Source: Anaerolineales bacterium (GTDB lineage: Bacteria > Chloroflexota > Anaerolineae > Anaerolineales > UBA11858). From it: a stretch of 58,903 nucleotides of DNA. The DNA lies in NCBI GenBank assembly GCA_018335275.1, contig JAGXKM010000004.1:1-58903 (forward strand), written 5' to 3'. The notes beneath the pieces are model-generated. The model was given only the letters and a program-made list of their open reading frames with translations, ran no database searches and was not told the origin of the DNA. Position numbers and translations under genes: made by a program. Positions 47,074 through 57,521 of this stretch are shown here, piece after piece (position 1 is the first letter of the stretch; every line of letters starts with the position of its first letter).

Positions 47074-48306
47074 ATGACAGCATTCGATGAGCCTATTCCG
47101 GAATCATTTGGTTTCCACCGCACGTGGTCTGTCACGGAAGTCAATGCCTATGTCAGGGATTTGATGGAAAGTGACGCCAATCTGGGGGATCTCTGGGTGG
47201 AAGGGGAGGTTTCCAACGTTTCGCGTCCCAAATCGGGTCATGTTTACTTTACCCTCAAGGACGCTGAAAGCGCCCTGCGCTGTGTGATGTGGAAGAATAT
47301 TGCTGCCCAGCAGGAGTTCCGACTTGAAGGAGGCGATGCGGTTGAAGCGCACGGCAATCTGAGCGTATACGAACGGAGGGGCCAATATCAACTTTACGTC
47401 GATTTCCTTCGTCCCCGGGGCGCGGGGAGGCTGTACCAGGAGTACCTGCGTTTAAAGGACAAATTGGAGGCAGAGGGCTTATTTGCCCCTGAGCATAAGT
47501 CGCCCCTTCCCAGATGGCCAGAAAAGATCGGGCTGGTCACGTCGCCAACCGGGGCTGCGCTGCAGGATATGCTCAATACCCTCCGACGCCGGTACCCGCT
47601 GGTCGATGTTGTCCTCTCCCCGGCGTCCGTGCAGGGGGAGAATGCTCCCCCGGAGATCATGGCTGCTCTGAAAAAGCTCAATATGCAGGGAGATGTTGAT
47701 CTGATCATTGTGGGTCGGGGAGGGGGATCCATTGAAGATTTATGGGCGTTTAATGATGAAGGGGTGGCCCGGGCGATCTTTGATTCCCAGATCCCCGTCA
47801 TCAGCGGTGTTGGCCATGAAACGGATTTCACGATCGCGGATTTTGTCGCTGATGTGCGTGCCCCCACGCCCACTGCGGCAGCCGAGTTGGCAGTCCCTGA
47901 CCGGATGGAATTAATAGCCCTGACTGAGGACCTGGCAGAGAGAGTCAATCGCACCTATCTGACTTATATCTCAGACCAACGCTGGATTATTTCAGATCTG
48001 CGGTCCCAAATCAAGCGCTTTTCACCGCAGTATGAGATCCGGAATGGAAAACAGCGGGTGGATGAATTAGGGGATCGGCTGAGGAGGACCATGACCAGAA
48101 TCATCAGGGATGCCCGCAAGGAATTACACGGGGTTGCCGAACATCTGGAAGCGCTCAGCCCCGAGTCCATCCTTAAACGAGGCTATGCTGTCCTCACAGA
48201 GGAGGACGGGACTGTGGTCTACAGGGTTTCTCAAGTCGAAGGGGGGGATATCCTTGAAGCCCGTGTGGCGGACGGCAGGTTCGATGTGGTGGTGAAAGAG
48301 AACTGA
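47074..48306 (+). CDS. xseA: Exodeoxyribonuclease VII large subunit
   Basis: WVEGEVSN, SGHVYFTLKD, RGGGSIEDLWAFN, GHETD, TPTAAAE, LKRGY. Confidence 0.96.
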   Translation: MTAFDEPIPESFGFHRTWSVTEVNAYVRDLMESDANLGDLWVEGEVSNVSRPKSGHVYFTLKDAESALRCVMWKNIAAQQEFRLEGGDAVEAHGNLSVYERRGQYQLYVDFLRPRGAGRLYQEYLRLKDKLEAEGLFAPEHKSPLPRWPEKIGLVTSPTGAALQDMLNTLRRRYPLVDVVLSPASVQGENAPPEIMAALKKLNMQGDVDLIIVGRGGGSIEDLWAFNDEGVARAIFDSQIPVISGVGHETDFTIADFVADVRAPTPTAAAELAVPDRMELIALTEDLAERVNRTYLTYISDQRWIISDLRSQIKRFSPQYEIRNGKQRVDELGDRLRRTMTRIIRDARKELHGVAEHLEALSPESILKRGYAVLTEEDGTVVYRVSQVEGGDILEARVADGRFDVVVKEN

Positions 48307-48446
48307 ACCCGGGTTGAAAAGGGTCCTTATTTAAACTTTTCTTTAACATTTCTTTTATCTTTCTCATAGACTGCATTTTTATAATGTAATTGTCATGGAT
48401 GTTGAGCGGGGATATCTTTACCTGTGTCTATGTGGAGGATCAGAAA

Positions 48447-51050
48447 ATGAATTTAGAGAATTATACGAAGAAATCACAGCAGGCCGTCCTGCGTGCGCAA
48501 AGGATGGCTGAAGAAAACAACCATCAGGAAATTGACAGCGTTCATATTCTGGCCGCCCTTTTGGAGCAGGCTGACGGCGTCGTCCCGGCGATCGTTAAGA
48601 AAGTTTCCGGTGGCGTTTCAGGTCTTCAGAGTGCGGTCCGGGAGCAGCTGAACAAACGCTCCAAGGTGTATGGAAGCAACGTTCAGGTGGGCTTGACTCG
48701 AGAGGCTCGAGATGGGCTGGCTGCTGGAGAAAGGTATGCCAAAGGGATGCAGGATGAATATGTGTCCACCGAACACCTCTTGTTGGGCCTTACCGAAAGC
48801 TCCCTTGCAGGGTTGTTGAAGGAGTACGGTTTGACGAAAGACGCCATTCTGGATGCCATGCGGGATGTCCGGGGTACACAGCGCGTGACATCGCAAAATC
48901 CGGAATCCACCTATGATGCCTTGAAGAAGTATGGCCGCGACCTCACCGGTCAGGCCCGACGCGGCAAGCTCGATCCCGTCATCGGGCGGGATGAAGAAAC
49001 CCGGCGCTTGATACAGATCTTGTCCAGGCGTACAAAAAACAACCCTGCTTTGATCGGGGATCCAGGTGTGGGCAAGACAGCCATTGTGGAAGGGTTGGCG
49101 CAGCGAATCGTCAACGGGGATGTCCCGGATGGGCTGAAACGCAAGCGTTTGGTCCAGCTGGACATGGGATCTCTGGTAGCGGGCGCCAAGTACCGCGGTG
49201 AATTTGAGGAACGGTTAAAGGCGGTTTTAGAAGAGATCACATCCTCTGCCGGGGAAATCCTCTTGTTTGTCGATGAGATGCACACGGTGGTTGGCGCGGG
49301 TGCGGCAGAGGGGGCGGTGGATGCTGGAAATATGCTTAAACCCCTGCTGGCCCGGGGCGAATTACATATGATCGGCGCCACCACCCTGGATGAGTACAGG
49401 GAGCATATTGAAAAGGACGCGGCTTTGGAACGCCGTTTCCAGCCCCTGTTGATCGAAGAGCCCAGCGTGGAGGACACGATCAGCATCTTGCGGGGACTGA
49501 AGGAGCGCTATGAGATCCATCACGGCGTGCGGATTACCGACCCGGCTACGATAGCTGCGGCGACCCTCTCGGATCGTTATATCTCGGACCGGCACTTGCC
49601 GGACAAGGCGATCGACTTGATCGATGAAGCTGCGGCCCGACTGCGGACGGAAATTGATTCCAAACCGCGGGAACTGGATATGGTCGACCGGCAAATCATG
49701 CAGCTTGAGATCGAGCGGGAAGCCTTGAAAAAGGAAGATGATCAAGCCTCCCAAGAACGTTTGGAGAAGCTGAAAAAAGAATTGGCGGATTTGAAAGAGG
49801 AGCAAAAACAGCTTCAAACCCAATGGAGCGCTGAAAAGGAGATCATCAGTGAAGTGAGGTCGATTAAAAAAGAAATCGATGAGACCCGTTTGGAAATTGA
49901 ACGCGCGGAACGTGAGGCGGACCTGGAACGCACAGCCCGGCTGCAGTACGGGAAACTTCCTGAATTACAGGAAACGTTGAAGGAAAAAGAACAGCGGCTG
50001 AGTGAAATCCAGAAAGACGGCGCCATGCTCAAGGAAGAGGTGGATGCTGAAGAGATCGCCGGCGTGGTTTCCCGCTGGACAGGCATCCCCGTTTCCCGTC
50101 TGATGGAGAGCGAAACCCAGAAGCTGATCCACATGGAGGACCGACTGCACACCCGGGTGGTTGGCCAGGATAAAGCCATCAAAGCGGTTTCCAACGCCGT
50201 GCGGCGGGCGCGGGCTGGGCTGCAAGATCCCAACCGGCCCATCGGGTCCTTCATCTTTGTGGGCCCTACGGGTGTGGGGAAGACAGAGTTGGCCCGCGCG
50301 CTGGCTGCCTTCCTCTTTGACGATGAAGATGCTATGATCCGCCTCGACATGAGCGAGTACCAGGAGAAACACAATGTCGCTCGCCTGATCGGCTCCCCTC
50401 CAGGATATGTTGGCTACGATGAAGGGGGTCAATTGACGGAAGCGGTGCGCCGCCGCCCTTACAGCGTGGTGCTTTTTGACGAAATCGAGAAAGCACATAC
50501 TGATGTCTTCAACACCCTGCTTCAGCTCCTGGATGACGGTCGACTCACGGATGGCCACGGGCGAACGGTCGACTTCCGGAATACGGTGGTGATCATGACC
50601 AGCAATGTGGGCACGGAAGCCTGGACGCAGATGGATGAGGATTGGGACCAGGAAGAGGCCCGGCGCTACACGCAGGAAGCGCTGCGGGCAACGTTCCGAC
50701 CCGAGTTCTTAAACCGGGTGGATGATATCGTCACCTTCCACCCCCTGACAAAAGAACACCTTTTGGATATTGTCGATATCCAGTTGGATCGCGTCAAAGC
50801 TTTGGTCCAGGGGCAGGGGTATTCTTTAGAGGTCACCCGGAAAGCCAAAGAATATCTGGCAGAGGTGGGATATGATCCTGATTACGGAGCCCGGCCCCTG
50901 AAGCGAACCATCCAGCGTGAACTTCAAGACCCGCTGGCCCTGGACGTGATCTCAGGTGAGTTTAGTGTTGGGGATGCGATTTGGGTCGATACGGATGGGG
51001 AGAAGCTGGTCTTTGAAGTGAAAGAAAAGAAAAAGGCTGTCAAGGCCTGA
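48447..51050 (+). CDS. clpB: Chaperone ClpB
   Basis: Clp-N repeats, two AAA+ modules ([16 protein letters not shown]), coiled-coil middle domain, PPGYVGY; GGAGG RBS. Confidence 0.97.
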   Translation: MNLENYTKKSQQAVLRAQRMAEENNHQEIDSVHILAALLEQADGVVPAIVKKVSGGVSGLQSAVREQLNKRSKVYGSNVQVGLTREARDGLAAGERYAKGMQDEYVSTEHLLLGLTESSLAGLLKEYGLTKDAILDAMRDVRGTQRVTSQNPESTYDALKKYGRDLTGQARRGKLDPVIGRDEETRRLIQILSRRTKNNPALIGDPGVGKTAIVEGLAQRIVNGDVPDGLKRKRLVQLDMGSLVAGAKYRGEFEERLKAVLEEITSSAGEILLFVDEMHTVVGAGAAEGAVDAGNMLKPLLARGELHMIGATTLDEYREHIEKDAALERRFQPLLIEEPSVEDTISILRGLKERYEIHHGVRITDPATIAAATLSDRYISDRHLPDKAIDLIDEAAARLRTEIDSKPRELDMVDRQIMQLEIEREALKKEDDQASQERLEKLKKELADLKEEQKQLQTQWSAEKEIISEVRSIKKEIDETRLEIERAEREADLERTARLQYGKLPELQETLKEKEQRLSEIQKDGAMLKEEVDAEEIAGVVSRWTGIPVSRLMESETQKLIHMEDRLHTRVVGQDKAIKAVSNAVRRARAGLQDPNRPIGSFIFVGPTGVGKTELARALAAFLFDDEDAMIRLDMSEYQEKHNVARLIGSPPGYVGYDEGGQLTEAVRRRPYSVVLFDEIEKAHTDVFNTLLQLLDDGRLTDGHGRTVDFRNTVVIMTSNVGTEAWTQMDEDWDQEEARRYTQEALRATFRPEFLNRVDDIVTFHPLTKEHLLDIVDIQLDRVKALVQGQGYSLEVTRKAKEYLAEVGYDPDYGARPLKRTIQRELQDPLALDVISGEFSVGDAIWVDTDGEKLVFEVKEKKKAVKA

Positions 51051-51073
51051 ACGAATACAGCATAAAAGGCATG

Positions 51074-51116
51074 AAAACAGCCAGGGATCCTGATAGTTTG
51101 GATCCCTGGCTGTTTT
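51074..51116. terminator. Bidirectional intrinsic terminator between clpB and slyD
   Basis: AAAACAGCCAGGGATCC-N9-GGATCCCTGGCTGTTTT perfect inverted repeat. Confidence 0.88.
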
Positions 51117-51140
51117 ATGTAGGTTTGTGTTCGTATGGGA

Positions 51141-51614
51141 TTAACTTTCGTGGACGTGACCGTGTTCGATTTCCTCTTCCGTTGCCGGCCTGAGGTCCGC
51201 GATGGTGACTTCGAATACCAAATCTTTCCCTGCCAGAGGATGATTGAAATCCAAGGTCACGGTCTCTTCGTCTTTTTCCACGATCTGGGCGCTGAGCACG
51301 TTGTCGTCCGCATCCCGGAGATCCAGAAACGTCCCCACGTCAAGGGGGACATCCTCACTGAACTCCTCTTTTTTCACCTTTTGACGCGCGTCCGGGTCGC
51401 TTTCCCCGTAGGCGTCTTCCGATTTGACATGGATGGTTTTCGTGGAATCGACTTCCATACCCGATAGGGCTTCTTCCAATCCAGGGATGATCTGCCCATG
51501 ACCCTGGATGAATTGGATGGGGTTCCCGTCCTGCGTGCTTTCCACTTCATCATCGTCGACAATCAGGGTGTAATCCAAACTGACAACCATGTCTTCCTGT
51601 ACTTCTTTCGTCAC
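51141..51614 (-). CDS. slyD: FKBP-type peptidyl-prolyl isomerase (SlyD-like)
   Basis: VSLDYTL, GQIIPGLEEAL, EDAYG, DFNHPLAGKDL, EEIEHGHVH. Confidence 0.92.
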   Translation of the reverse strand: MTKEVQEDMVVSLDYTLIVDDDEVESTQDGNPIQFIQGHGQIIPGLEEALSGMEVDSTKTIHVKSEDAYGESDPDARQKVKKEEFSEDVPLDVGTFLDLRDADDNVLSAQIVEKDEETVTLDFNHPLAGKDLVFEVTIADLRPATEEEIEHGHVHES

Positions 51615-51628
51615 AGTTTCTCCTTTGT

Positions 51629-51868
51629 TTATGAGGGTATGGGCGGTGATGATATATCCCGCACCAGATACCAGGTGGCTTCTCGAAACATAAATAATAA
51701 ATGGTACGTTCGATCCTTACTGTCCTTGACGAGGATGTGCCTGCCTTTTTCGTCTTCCCACTGCCTGCCTACATCCCGGATATTCACTCTCTCCTCCCCG
51801 AGTTGGAAGCGAGAAGGGATGATCTTTCCCTGGGTTGTGAATCGAGCGCTGACCTGAATTTTTTTCAT
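51629..51868 (-). CDS. Small conserved-looking hypothetical protein (beta-rich)
   Basis: IPSRF..IRDVGRQW..YHLLF..WYL; ATGA overlap with pncC stop. Confidence 0.7.
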   Translation of the reverse strand: MKKIQVSARFTTQGKIIPSRFQLGEERVNIRDVGRQWEDEKGRHILVKDSKDRTYHLLFMFREATWYLVRDISSPPIPS

Positions 51869-52347
51869 CCGTTTCGTAAATGCTCCCATAAGAAGGCCAA
51901 TGATTCCAGGGCGAAAGTTCTTTTATTGGAGAGTCGTTCGCCTTCCGTCTGAACGACTTTTGCATATGTTCCATCTTTGGTGTCCAGGCCAAACCAGACT
52001 GTCCCGACTGGTTTTTGAGGGGTTCCGCCCGTGGGCCCGGCGATCCCGCTGATGGAAAGGCCGATATCAGCGCCTAATCGATGCCGGATGCCTTTCGCCA
52101 TCTCTTTCACAGTGGCTTCGCTGACAGCCCCGTGTTCTTCTAGGGTTTCCCAGGAAACGTTCAAAAGCCTGACTTTCGCATGATAGGAATAGGCGATGAT
52201 GCCGCCAATAAAATAAGTTGATGCGCCGGGGATGTTTGTGATCATGTGACCTACCAATCCGCCTGTGCAGGATTCGGCGACCGCCAGCTCCCAGCCCCGA
52301 TCACGTAATGGGCGGCTGATTTGTTCCGCGATGTCTTTTTGCGTCAT
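51865..52347 (-). CDS. pncC: CinA C-terminal domain protein / NMN deamidase
   Basis: AESCTGG, PGAS, HGAVS, GIAGPTGG, KPVGTV. Confidence 0.9.
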   Translation of the reverse strand: MTQKDIAEQISRPLRDRGWELAVAESCTGGLVGHMITNIPGASTYFIGGIIAYSYHAKVRLLNVSWETLEEHGAVSEATVKEMAKGIRHRLGADIGLSISGIAGPTGGTPQKPVGTVWFGLDTKDGTYAKVVQTEGERLSNKRTFALESLAFLWEHLRNG

Positions 52348-52526
52348 GAGTTCCTTTTCCCCTCAGATCCTGAATCCTGGAAAACATATGTCCGTCTCAG
52401 AAATCCAAGGCAGGGATGTTCTGGTATTCATCTTATCATACATGTTTTTTGTTCAAGAGGAGGAGGGTATATGTTGGATGAGGATGAAAGGGTTACTGCC
52501 TTGACGTGTTTCGAACCTTTAGGTGA

Positions 52527-53228
52527 TTACTTCACACCCCAGTGCACGGCTACTGTGTCCAGCATGAAGCGTTTGAACTCCAGCTTCTTGTACCCGACCG
52601 CAGCTAAGTAAGCCAGTAATTCCTCAGCTCTCAGAAAATTATCCATCGATTCTGGGAGGTAGGTATAATCATCCTCCAGACCCGCGACCCATTTTCCCAG
52701 GGCAGGGATCACAGTGTACAGATAAAATCGTACGGCGGGTGAAAACGGGTTTTGGCTGGGTTTCGTGGTGTCCAGAACCACAAATCTCCCCTCCGGTTTG
52801 AGTACCCGGTATTGTTCCCGCAAACTACCCATCAAGTCAGAGAGATTTCTGAGCAGGAAACCTGAAACTACTGCATCAAAAGTGTTCTCTGGGAAGGGTA
52901 GTTTTCCTGCATGTGCGGCTGTCCACGTCCCTTTTGGTTTCAGATGATTTTCTTTTCCAATGCGCATCATTCTCAGGGAAAAATCAGCGGCAACGGGATG
53001 CGCGGAAGGGTATTGTTTGAGGGCTTCTCGCGCTAGATCTCCGGTACCTGTACCGAGGTCCAGAAGGTATCCATCCTGGGGGAGGTTCGTTTTCCCGATC
53101 ACGAACCGGCGCCAGCGGATGTCCTGCCATCCGGTCATGAGGCGGTTGAGGAGATCGTAGTGAGGCGCAATGCGGGAGAACATTTCCTGCACCTGTTGAT
53201 CTGACCTGGCTTCTTCGTTTGGAGACAT
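52527..53228 (-). CDS. menG: Demethylmenaquinone methyltransferase (MenG/UbiE family)
   Basis: MFSRIAPHYDLLN, WR, LDLGTGTGD, LRN, RVLKPEG, YTYLPES. Confidence 0.88.
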   Translation of the reverse strand: MSPNEEARSDQQVQEMFSRIAPHYDLLNRLMTGWQDIRWRRFVIGKTNLPQDGYLLDLGTGTGDLAREALKQYPSAHPVAADFSLRMMRIGKENHLKPKGTWTAAHAGKLPFPENTFDAVVSGFLLRNLSDLMGSLREQYRVLKPEGRFVVLDTTKPSQNPFSPAVRFYLYTVIPALGKWVAGLEDDYTYLPESMDNFLRAEELLAYLAAVGYKKLEFKRFMLDTVAVHWGVK

Positions 53229-53234
53229 TCCGGT

Positions 53235-54527
53235 TTACTTTGTAATCGCGCGCGCGTCGGCTTCTTTGGCCACGCGGATGCCTTTTTCCTCATCGACACG
53301 GGTCAGGAGCAATCCGCCGGAGATAAAGAAGATCACCAACGAGACGATCCCCAGCCGGCTGTTTCCCATGGCCTGGCTGACCAGCCCGAAAACCAGGGGT
53401 CCGAAGATCCCGGCAAATTTTCCGCTCACGCTGTAAAAGCTGAAAAACTCCGCGGACTGCGCCTTGGGTACCATTCTCCCGTACAGGGAGCGGCTCAAGG
53501 CCTGACTGCCTCCCTGGACCAGAGCCACAGCGAAGGCCAGCGCCCAAAAGTGAATGGAGGAGGTCATGAAATAGCCCCCGATGGAAATCAGTGTGTAGAC
53601 GCCTAAACTGAGATAAATGGAGTTTTTAGTCCCAATTTTTTTTGCCAACCAGCCAAAAGCGAACGCGAAAGGGATGCCAACAAACTGGACCAACAACAAA
53701 GCCCCGATCAGGTCGGTCTGTCCGATGCCAATTTCATCCCCGTATTTGGTGGCCATTTTGATGATCGTCCCGATTCCATCGTTGTACAACCAGAATGCGA
53801 TCAGGAATTTGAAAAGTTCACTGTACTTCTGGACTTTCTGGAACGTTTCGACAAGGCGTTTGAAGCCGGATCGGATGGGGTTTTTGCCTTCCTCGTACGG
53901 CAAGATATGGCGGGGCGGTTCCGGTACATTCCGCCATAACGGGATGGAAAAGATCAGCCACCACAGGGCCACACTGGCCAGGGAGAGTCTGGTCATCAAC
54001 TCCGTCAAATGGTCGGGTCCGAACATGATCATTCCTAAATTGATCGCTAATAGGAGGCCGCCCCCCAGGTACCCGAGGGCATATCCCCGGGTAGAGATTT
54101 GATCAATGTCGTCCTTTTTCGCGATATGGGGGAGAAGGGAGTCGTAGAAGACATTAGCTCCCGCGAAACCGATATTGCCCAGGACGAAAAGCAAAGAAGC
54201 CAAAAGCCAATCGCCTGTGGTAAGGAAGAACATCAAAGCCGTAGCAGCGATGCCCACGAGGGCGAAATAGGTCAAATAATGCTTTTTTCGCCCTTTGTAA
54301 TCCGCCATGGCGCCCAGGATGGGGCTGAGAAGGGCGACCAGCAGCAGGGCAATGGAATTTGTATACCCCCAGTACGCGGTGGACTGCGTTTTGGTGAGCA
54401 CAGGTTCAGCGATGGTTGAGTAGTAGATGGGCAGCACAGCGGCCATGATGGTCGTGGCGAAAGCTGAATTTGCCCAGTCATACATGGCCCAAGAATTGAT
54501 CACTTTTCGGTAGGCTTTGCTTTCCAT
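53235..54527 (-). CDS. MFS transporter (UMF1/Atg22-like)
   Basis: WAMYDWANSAF, FYDSLL, GYALGYLGG, YNDG, QALSRS; about 12 TM. Confidence 0.9.
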   Translation of the reverse strand: MESKAYRKVINSWAMYDWANSAFATTIMAAVLPIYYSTIAEPVLTKTQSTAYWGYTNSIALLLVALLSPILGAMADYKGRKKHYLTYFALVGIAATALMFFLTTGDWLLASLLFVLGNIGFAGANVFYDSLLPHIAKKDDIDQISTRGYALGYLGGGLLLAINLGMIMFGPDHLTELMTRLSLASVALWWLIFSIPLWRNVPEPPRHILPYEEGKNPIRSGFKRLVETFQKVQKYSELFKFLIAFWLYNDGIGTIIKMATKYGDEIGIGQTDLIGALLLVQFVGIPFAFAFGWLAKKIGTKNSIYLSLGVYTLISIGGYFMTSSIHFWALAFAVALVQGGSQALSRSLYGRMVPKAQSAEFFSFYSVSGKFAGIFGPLVFGLVSQAMGNSRLGIVSLVIFFISGGLLLTRVDEEKGIRVAKEADARAITK

Positions 54528-54707
54528 GATCACACCTCGAGGAGTTTATTAATGTGGGTTCACCGCTTCATTATATTACACAAAAATCCCCAGGGGAGCG
54601 GATTCCAGGGGCTTTTTTTGTCCTTTTTCACGCAGCTAGGTTGTTGCGCGACCTTTCAGTTGTGTATGAATGAATAGTTAGGGGAATGAGGTTGTTTTCC
54701 GCGGATA

Positions 54708-54736
54708 TTGACGTCAGATACCCCCCATGCTATGAT
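54708..54736 (+). promoter_or_regulatory. Sigma70-type promoter upstream of PIN-TRAM/cysS/rlmB
   Basis: TTGACG-N17-TATGAT with TG extension. Confidence 0.65.
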
Positions 54737-54986
54737 TAAAAACAGAATTTATCATTATTTATACTGTGTCCTGACTTGCATGGGTGTTCATTGGGGCGAA
54801 TCATTGCCATTATTTTGTTATCTGCCTTCAATCGGTTTTGAGGATTTATTTTACTATCATTATGCTATAGGCAGTCTAACTTAATTACAACTGGCAGGAT
54901 AAAATCCTCTAATTAATAACCTCGGAATGACTCAAGGCGAGCACGGACATATCGTGTTCGCCTTTATATGTTCAGGAGAGGTAAAA

Positions 54987-56042
54987 ATGAGTGTGGACTT
55001 TATTTTACGAATTATTGGCATGTTTCTGTTTGGATTACTTGGGGGCTACCTGGGTGTTGATCTGAGCGAGATCACGACTATCACCGCGGAAACCGGGGCT
55101 GTAATTTTAGGGTTGGTGGGAGCGCTGTTTGGCTTGGTGCTGACACCTTTTCTGACCACGCGGCCCCTGCGGTCTTTGCGGTCCATGTTGTCAAGAATGG
55201 AAACCAGGGCCCTGTCTTCTGGGTTGTTGGGGTTAACAGTGGGTTTGGTCATCGCCGCTTTGTTGTCCTTTCCCCTTTCTTTGCTTCCCTCCCCCTTTGG
55301 TGAAATCATGCCCTTTATAGGCGTTTTACTCTTCGCGTATTTGGGTGTGGCAATATTCGTGATGAGGAAGAATGATATCTATTCCCTGTTCAGCGGTCGT
55401 ATGTTTTCATTCTCTGAAAAATCGGAAGAAGATACCGCGGATAAGAACCGGGTGATCCTCGTTGACACCAGTGTGATCATAGATGGGCGAATCGCTGATA
55501 TATCCAAGACAGGTTTCTTGGTGGGAGAACTTCTCATTCCCCGGTTTGTGCTGGATGAACTGCAGTACATTGCAGATTCTGCAGACGGGCTGCGCCGGCA
55601 GCGGGGACGGAGGGGCATGGAAATCCTCTCGGAATTACAGGAGGCAAACACTGTCCCTGTCCGGATCAGTGATATTGATGTGGAAGGCACACGGGAAGTG
55701 GATAGTAAATTGGTTATCCTGGCAAGGCAGTTGAGTTGTCCGATATTAACCAATGATTACAACTTAAATCGTGTCGCGGAGCTGCAGGGCGTCCCTGTGT
55801 TGAACATCAACGAATTAGCGAACGCGGTGAAAGCGGTTCTGCTGCCGGGAGAAACGGTAGAGGTGACTATCATCCAGGAGGGGAAAGAACGAGGCCAAGG
55901 TGTGGGTTATTTGTCTGATGGCACCATGGTCGTCGTTGAGGAGGGGAAGGAGTACATGGATAAGGAGGTCAACGCCATCGTCACCAAGGTCCTCCAAACA
56001 GCAGCCGGTCGGATGATCTTCGCTCGTCCCGAAGATATCTAA
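54987..56042 (+). CDS. Membrane PIN/TRAM domain protein (YacL-like)
   Basis: 4 TM, DTSVIIDGRI, RGRRG, TNDYNLN, GQGVGYL.DGTMVVVE, QTAAGRMIFA. Confidence 0.92.
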   Translation: MSVDFILRIIGMFLFGLLGGYLGVDLSEITTITAETGAVILGLVGALFGLVLTPFLTTRPLRSLRSMLSRMETRALSSGLLGLTVGLVIAALLSFPLSLLPSPFGEIMPFIGVLLFAYLGVAIFVMRKNDIYSLFSGRMFSFSEKSEEDTADKNRVILVDTSVIIDGRIADISKTGFLVGELLIPRFVLDELQYIADSADGLRRQRGRRGMEILSELQEANTVPVRISDIDVEGTREVDSKLVILARQLSCPILTNDYNLNRVAELQGVPVLNINELANAVKAVLLPGETVEVTIIQEGKERGQGVGYLSDGTMVVVEEGKEYMDKEVNAIVTKVLQTAAGRMIFARPEDI

Positions 56043-56069
56043 AAGGTTTTCACGAACGGGAGTGAGAAT

Positions 56070-57458
56070 ATGACTCTAGAGATATACAATACGCTGACGC
56101 GGAAAAAAGAGCCTTTTAAAACGCTCAAGCCGAATCGGGTATCTATGTATGTTTGTGGGCCCACTGTGTATGATAAAGCACATGTCGGGCATGCGATGTC
56201 GGTGCTTGTGTTCGATGTCATCCGCCGCTACCTTGAATATAAGGGGTATGAAGTTGAGCTGGTCATGAATTATACCGATGTGGACGACAAGATCATCCAG
56301 CGCGCCCTGGTGGAGGATGTGGATTCGATCCAGATCGCAGAGCGATATATCGAAGAGTTTAATTGCCATTTGGAAGCTTTAAACGTCTTACCCGCTGCTG
56401 AATATCCCAGGGCCACGGATGAGATTAAACACATCATAAAATCGGTAAAAGCACTGGTAGATAAGGGATATGCGTATCAGGCCAATGGGGATGTCTTCTA
56501 CCGCATCGAAAAGTTTGACGATTATGGAAAGCTCTCAGGGAGAGACATTGAGGATATGGAAGCGGGCTCCCGGGTGGATGTGGATTCAAAGAAGGAACAT
56601 CCCATGGATTTTGCCTTGTGGAAAGCTGCCAAACCCAATGAACCGAGTTGGGACAGCCCGTGGGGGAAAGGGAGGCCCGGTTGGCACATTGAATGCTCGG
56701 TGATGAGCTTGCACCATCTCGGTGAACAGATAGACATTCATGGGGGAGGGAATGACCTCGTTTTCCCCCACCATGAGAATGAAATTGCCCAGAGTGAAGC
56801 GTTGACGGGAAAGCAATTTGCTTCTTATTGGGTTCATAACGGTATGATGCAGCTGTCCGGCGCAAAAATGTCGAAGTCCATGGGGAATCTGGTCACAATA
56901 GACGCATTTTTAGAAGAATACGAGGCCAATGTATTACGGATGATGGTCCTCAATTCGAGCTACCGCAGCCCCTTGAAGTTTAATGAAGAGACCATCGAGC
57001 ATGCCCAGAAGGCTTTGAAGAGGCTGCGGTCCGCCTTGAAACCGGCCCGGTCTCAGGAGGGTGGATTTGAGGGGAGTTTAGTAGAGGAAGCGGAGAAAGC
57101 CAAAGAAACCTTTCAGGAAGCGATGGATGATGACTTTAACACGTCCGCGGCGCTGGCCGGTTTGTTTGATCTCGTCCGGGAAATCAATCAAGCCCGTGAC
57201 GTAGGGGCAGATGACCAGACACTGGCCGAGGGACAGCGAATATTGAAGAAATTGACGGGCGTTATTGGTTTGGAATTGGAGAAAGAGGAGATCAAGAGCG
57301 GGGATGCGGAACCGTTCATCGATTTACTTGTGGAAGTCCGGGACAAGCTCCGGGAGTCCAAACAATGGGAGCTCTCTGATAAGATCCGGGACGATCTGGA
57401 AGAGCTGGGTGTCATCCTCGAGGACAGTCCTCAGGGAACACAATGGCATTGGGAATAA
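56070..57458 (+). CDS. cysS: Cysteine--tRNA ligase
   Basis: CGPTVY, HVGH, GRPGWHIEC, FPHHENE, KMSKS. Confidence 0.97.
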   Translation: MTLEIYNTLTRKKEPFKTLKPNRVSMYVCGPTVYDKAHVGHAMSVLVFDVIRRYLEYKGYEVELVMNYTDVDDKIIQRALVEDVDSIQIAERYIEEFNCHLEALNVLPAAEYPRATDEIKHIIKSVKALVDKGYAYQANGDVFYRIEKFDDYGKLSGRDIEDMEAGSRVDVDSKKEHPMDFALWKAAKPNEPSWDSPWGKGRPGWHIECSVMSLHHLGEQIDIHGGGNDLVFPHHENEIAQSEALTGKQFASYWVHNGMMQLSGAKMSKSMGNLVTIDAFLEEYEANVLRMMVLNSSYRSPLKFNEETIEHAQKALKRLRSALKPARSQEGGFEGSLVEEAEKAKETFQEAMDDDFNTSAALAGLFDLVREINQARDVGADDQTLAEGQRILKKLTGVIGLELEKEEIKSGDAEPFIDLLVEVRDKLRESKQWELSDKIRDDLEELGVILEDSPQGTQWHWE

Positions 57459-57521
57459 TTTGCTGCCGGTGAATTGAGTCTGGTGCCTTTAAACATTGAG
57501 CAGATGAATTCATATAGTCTT

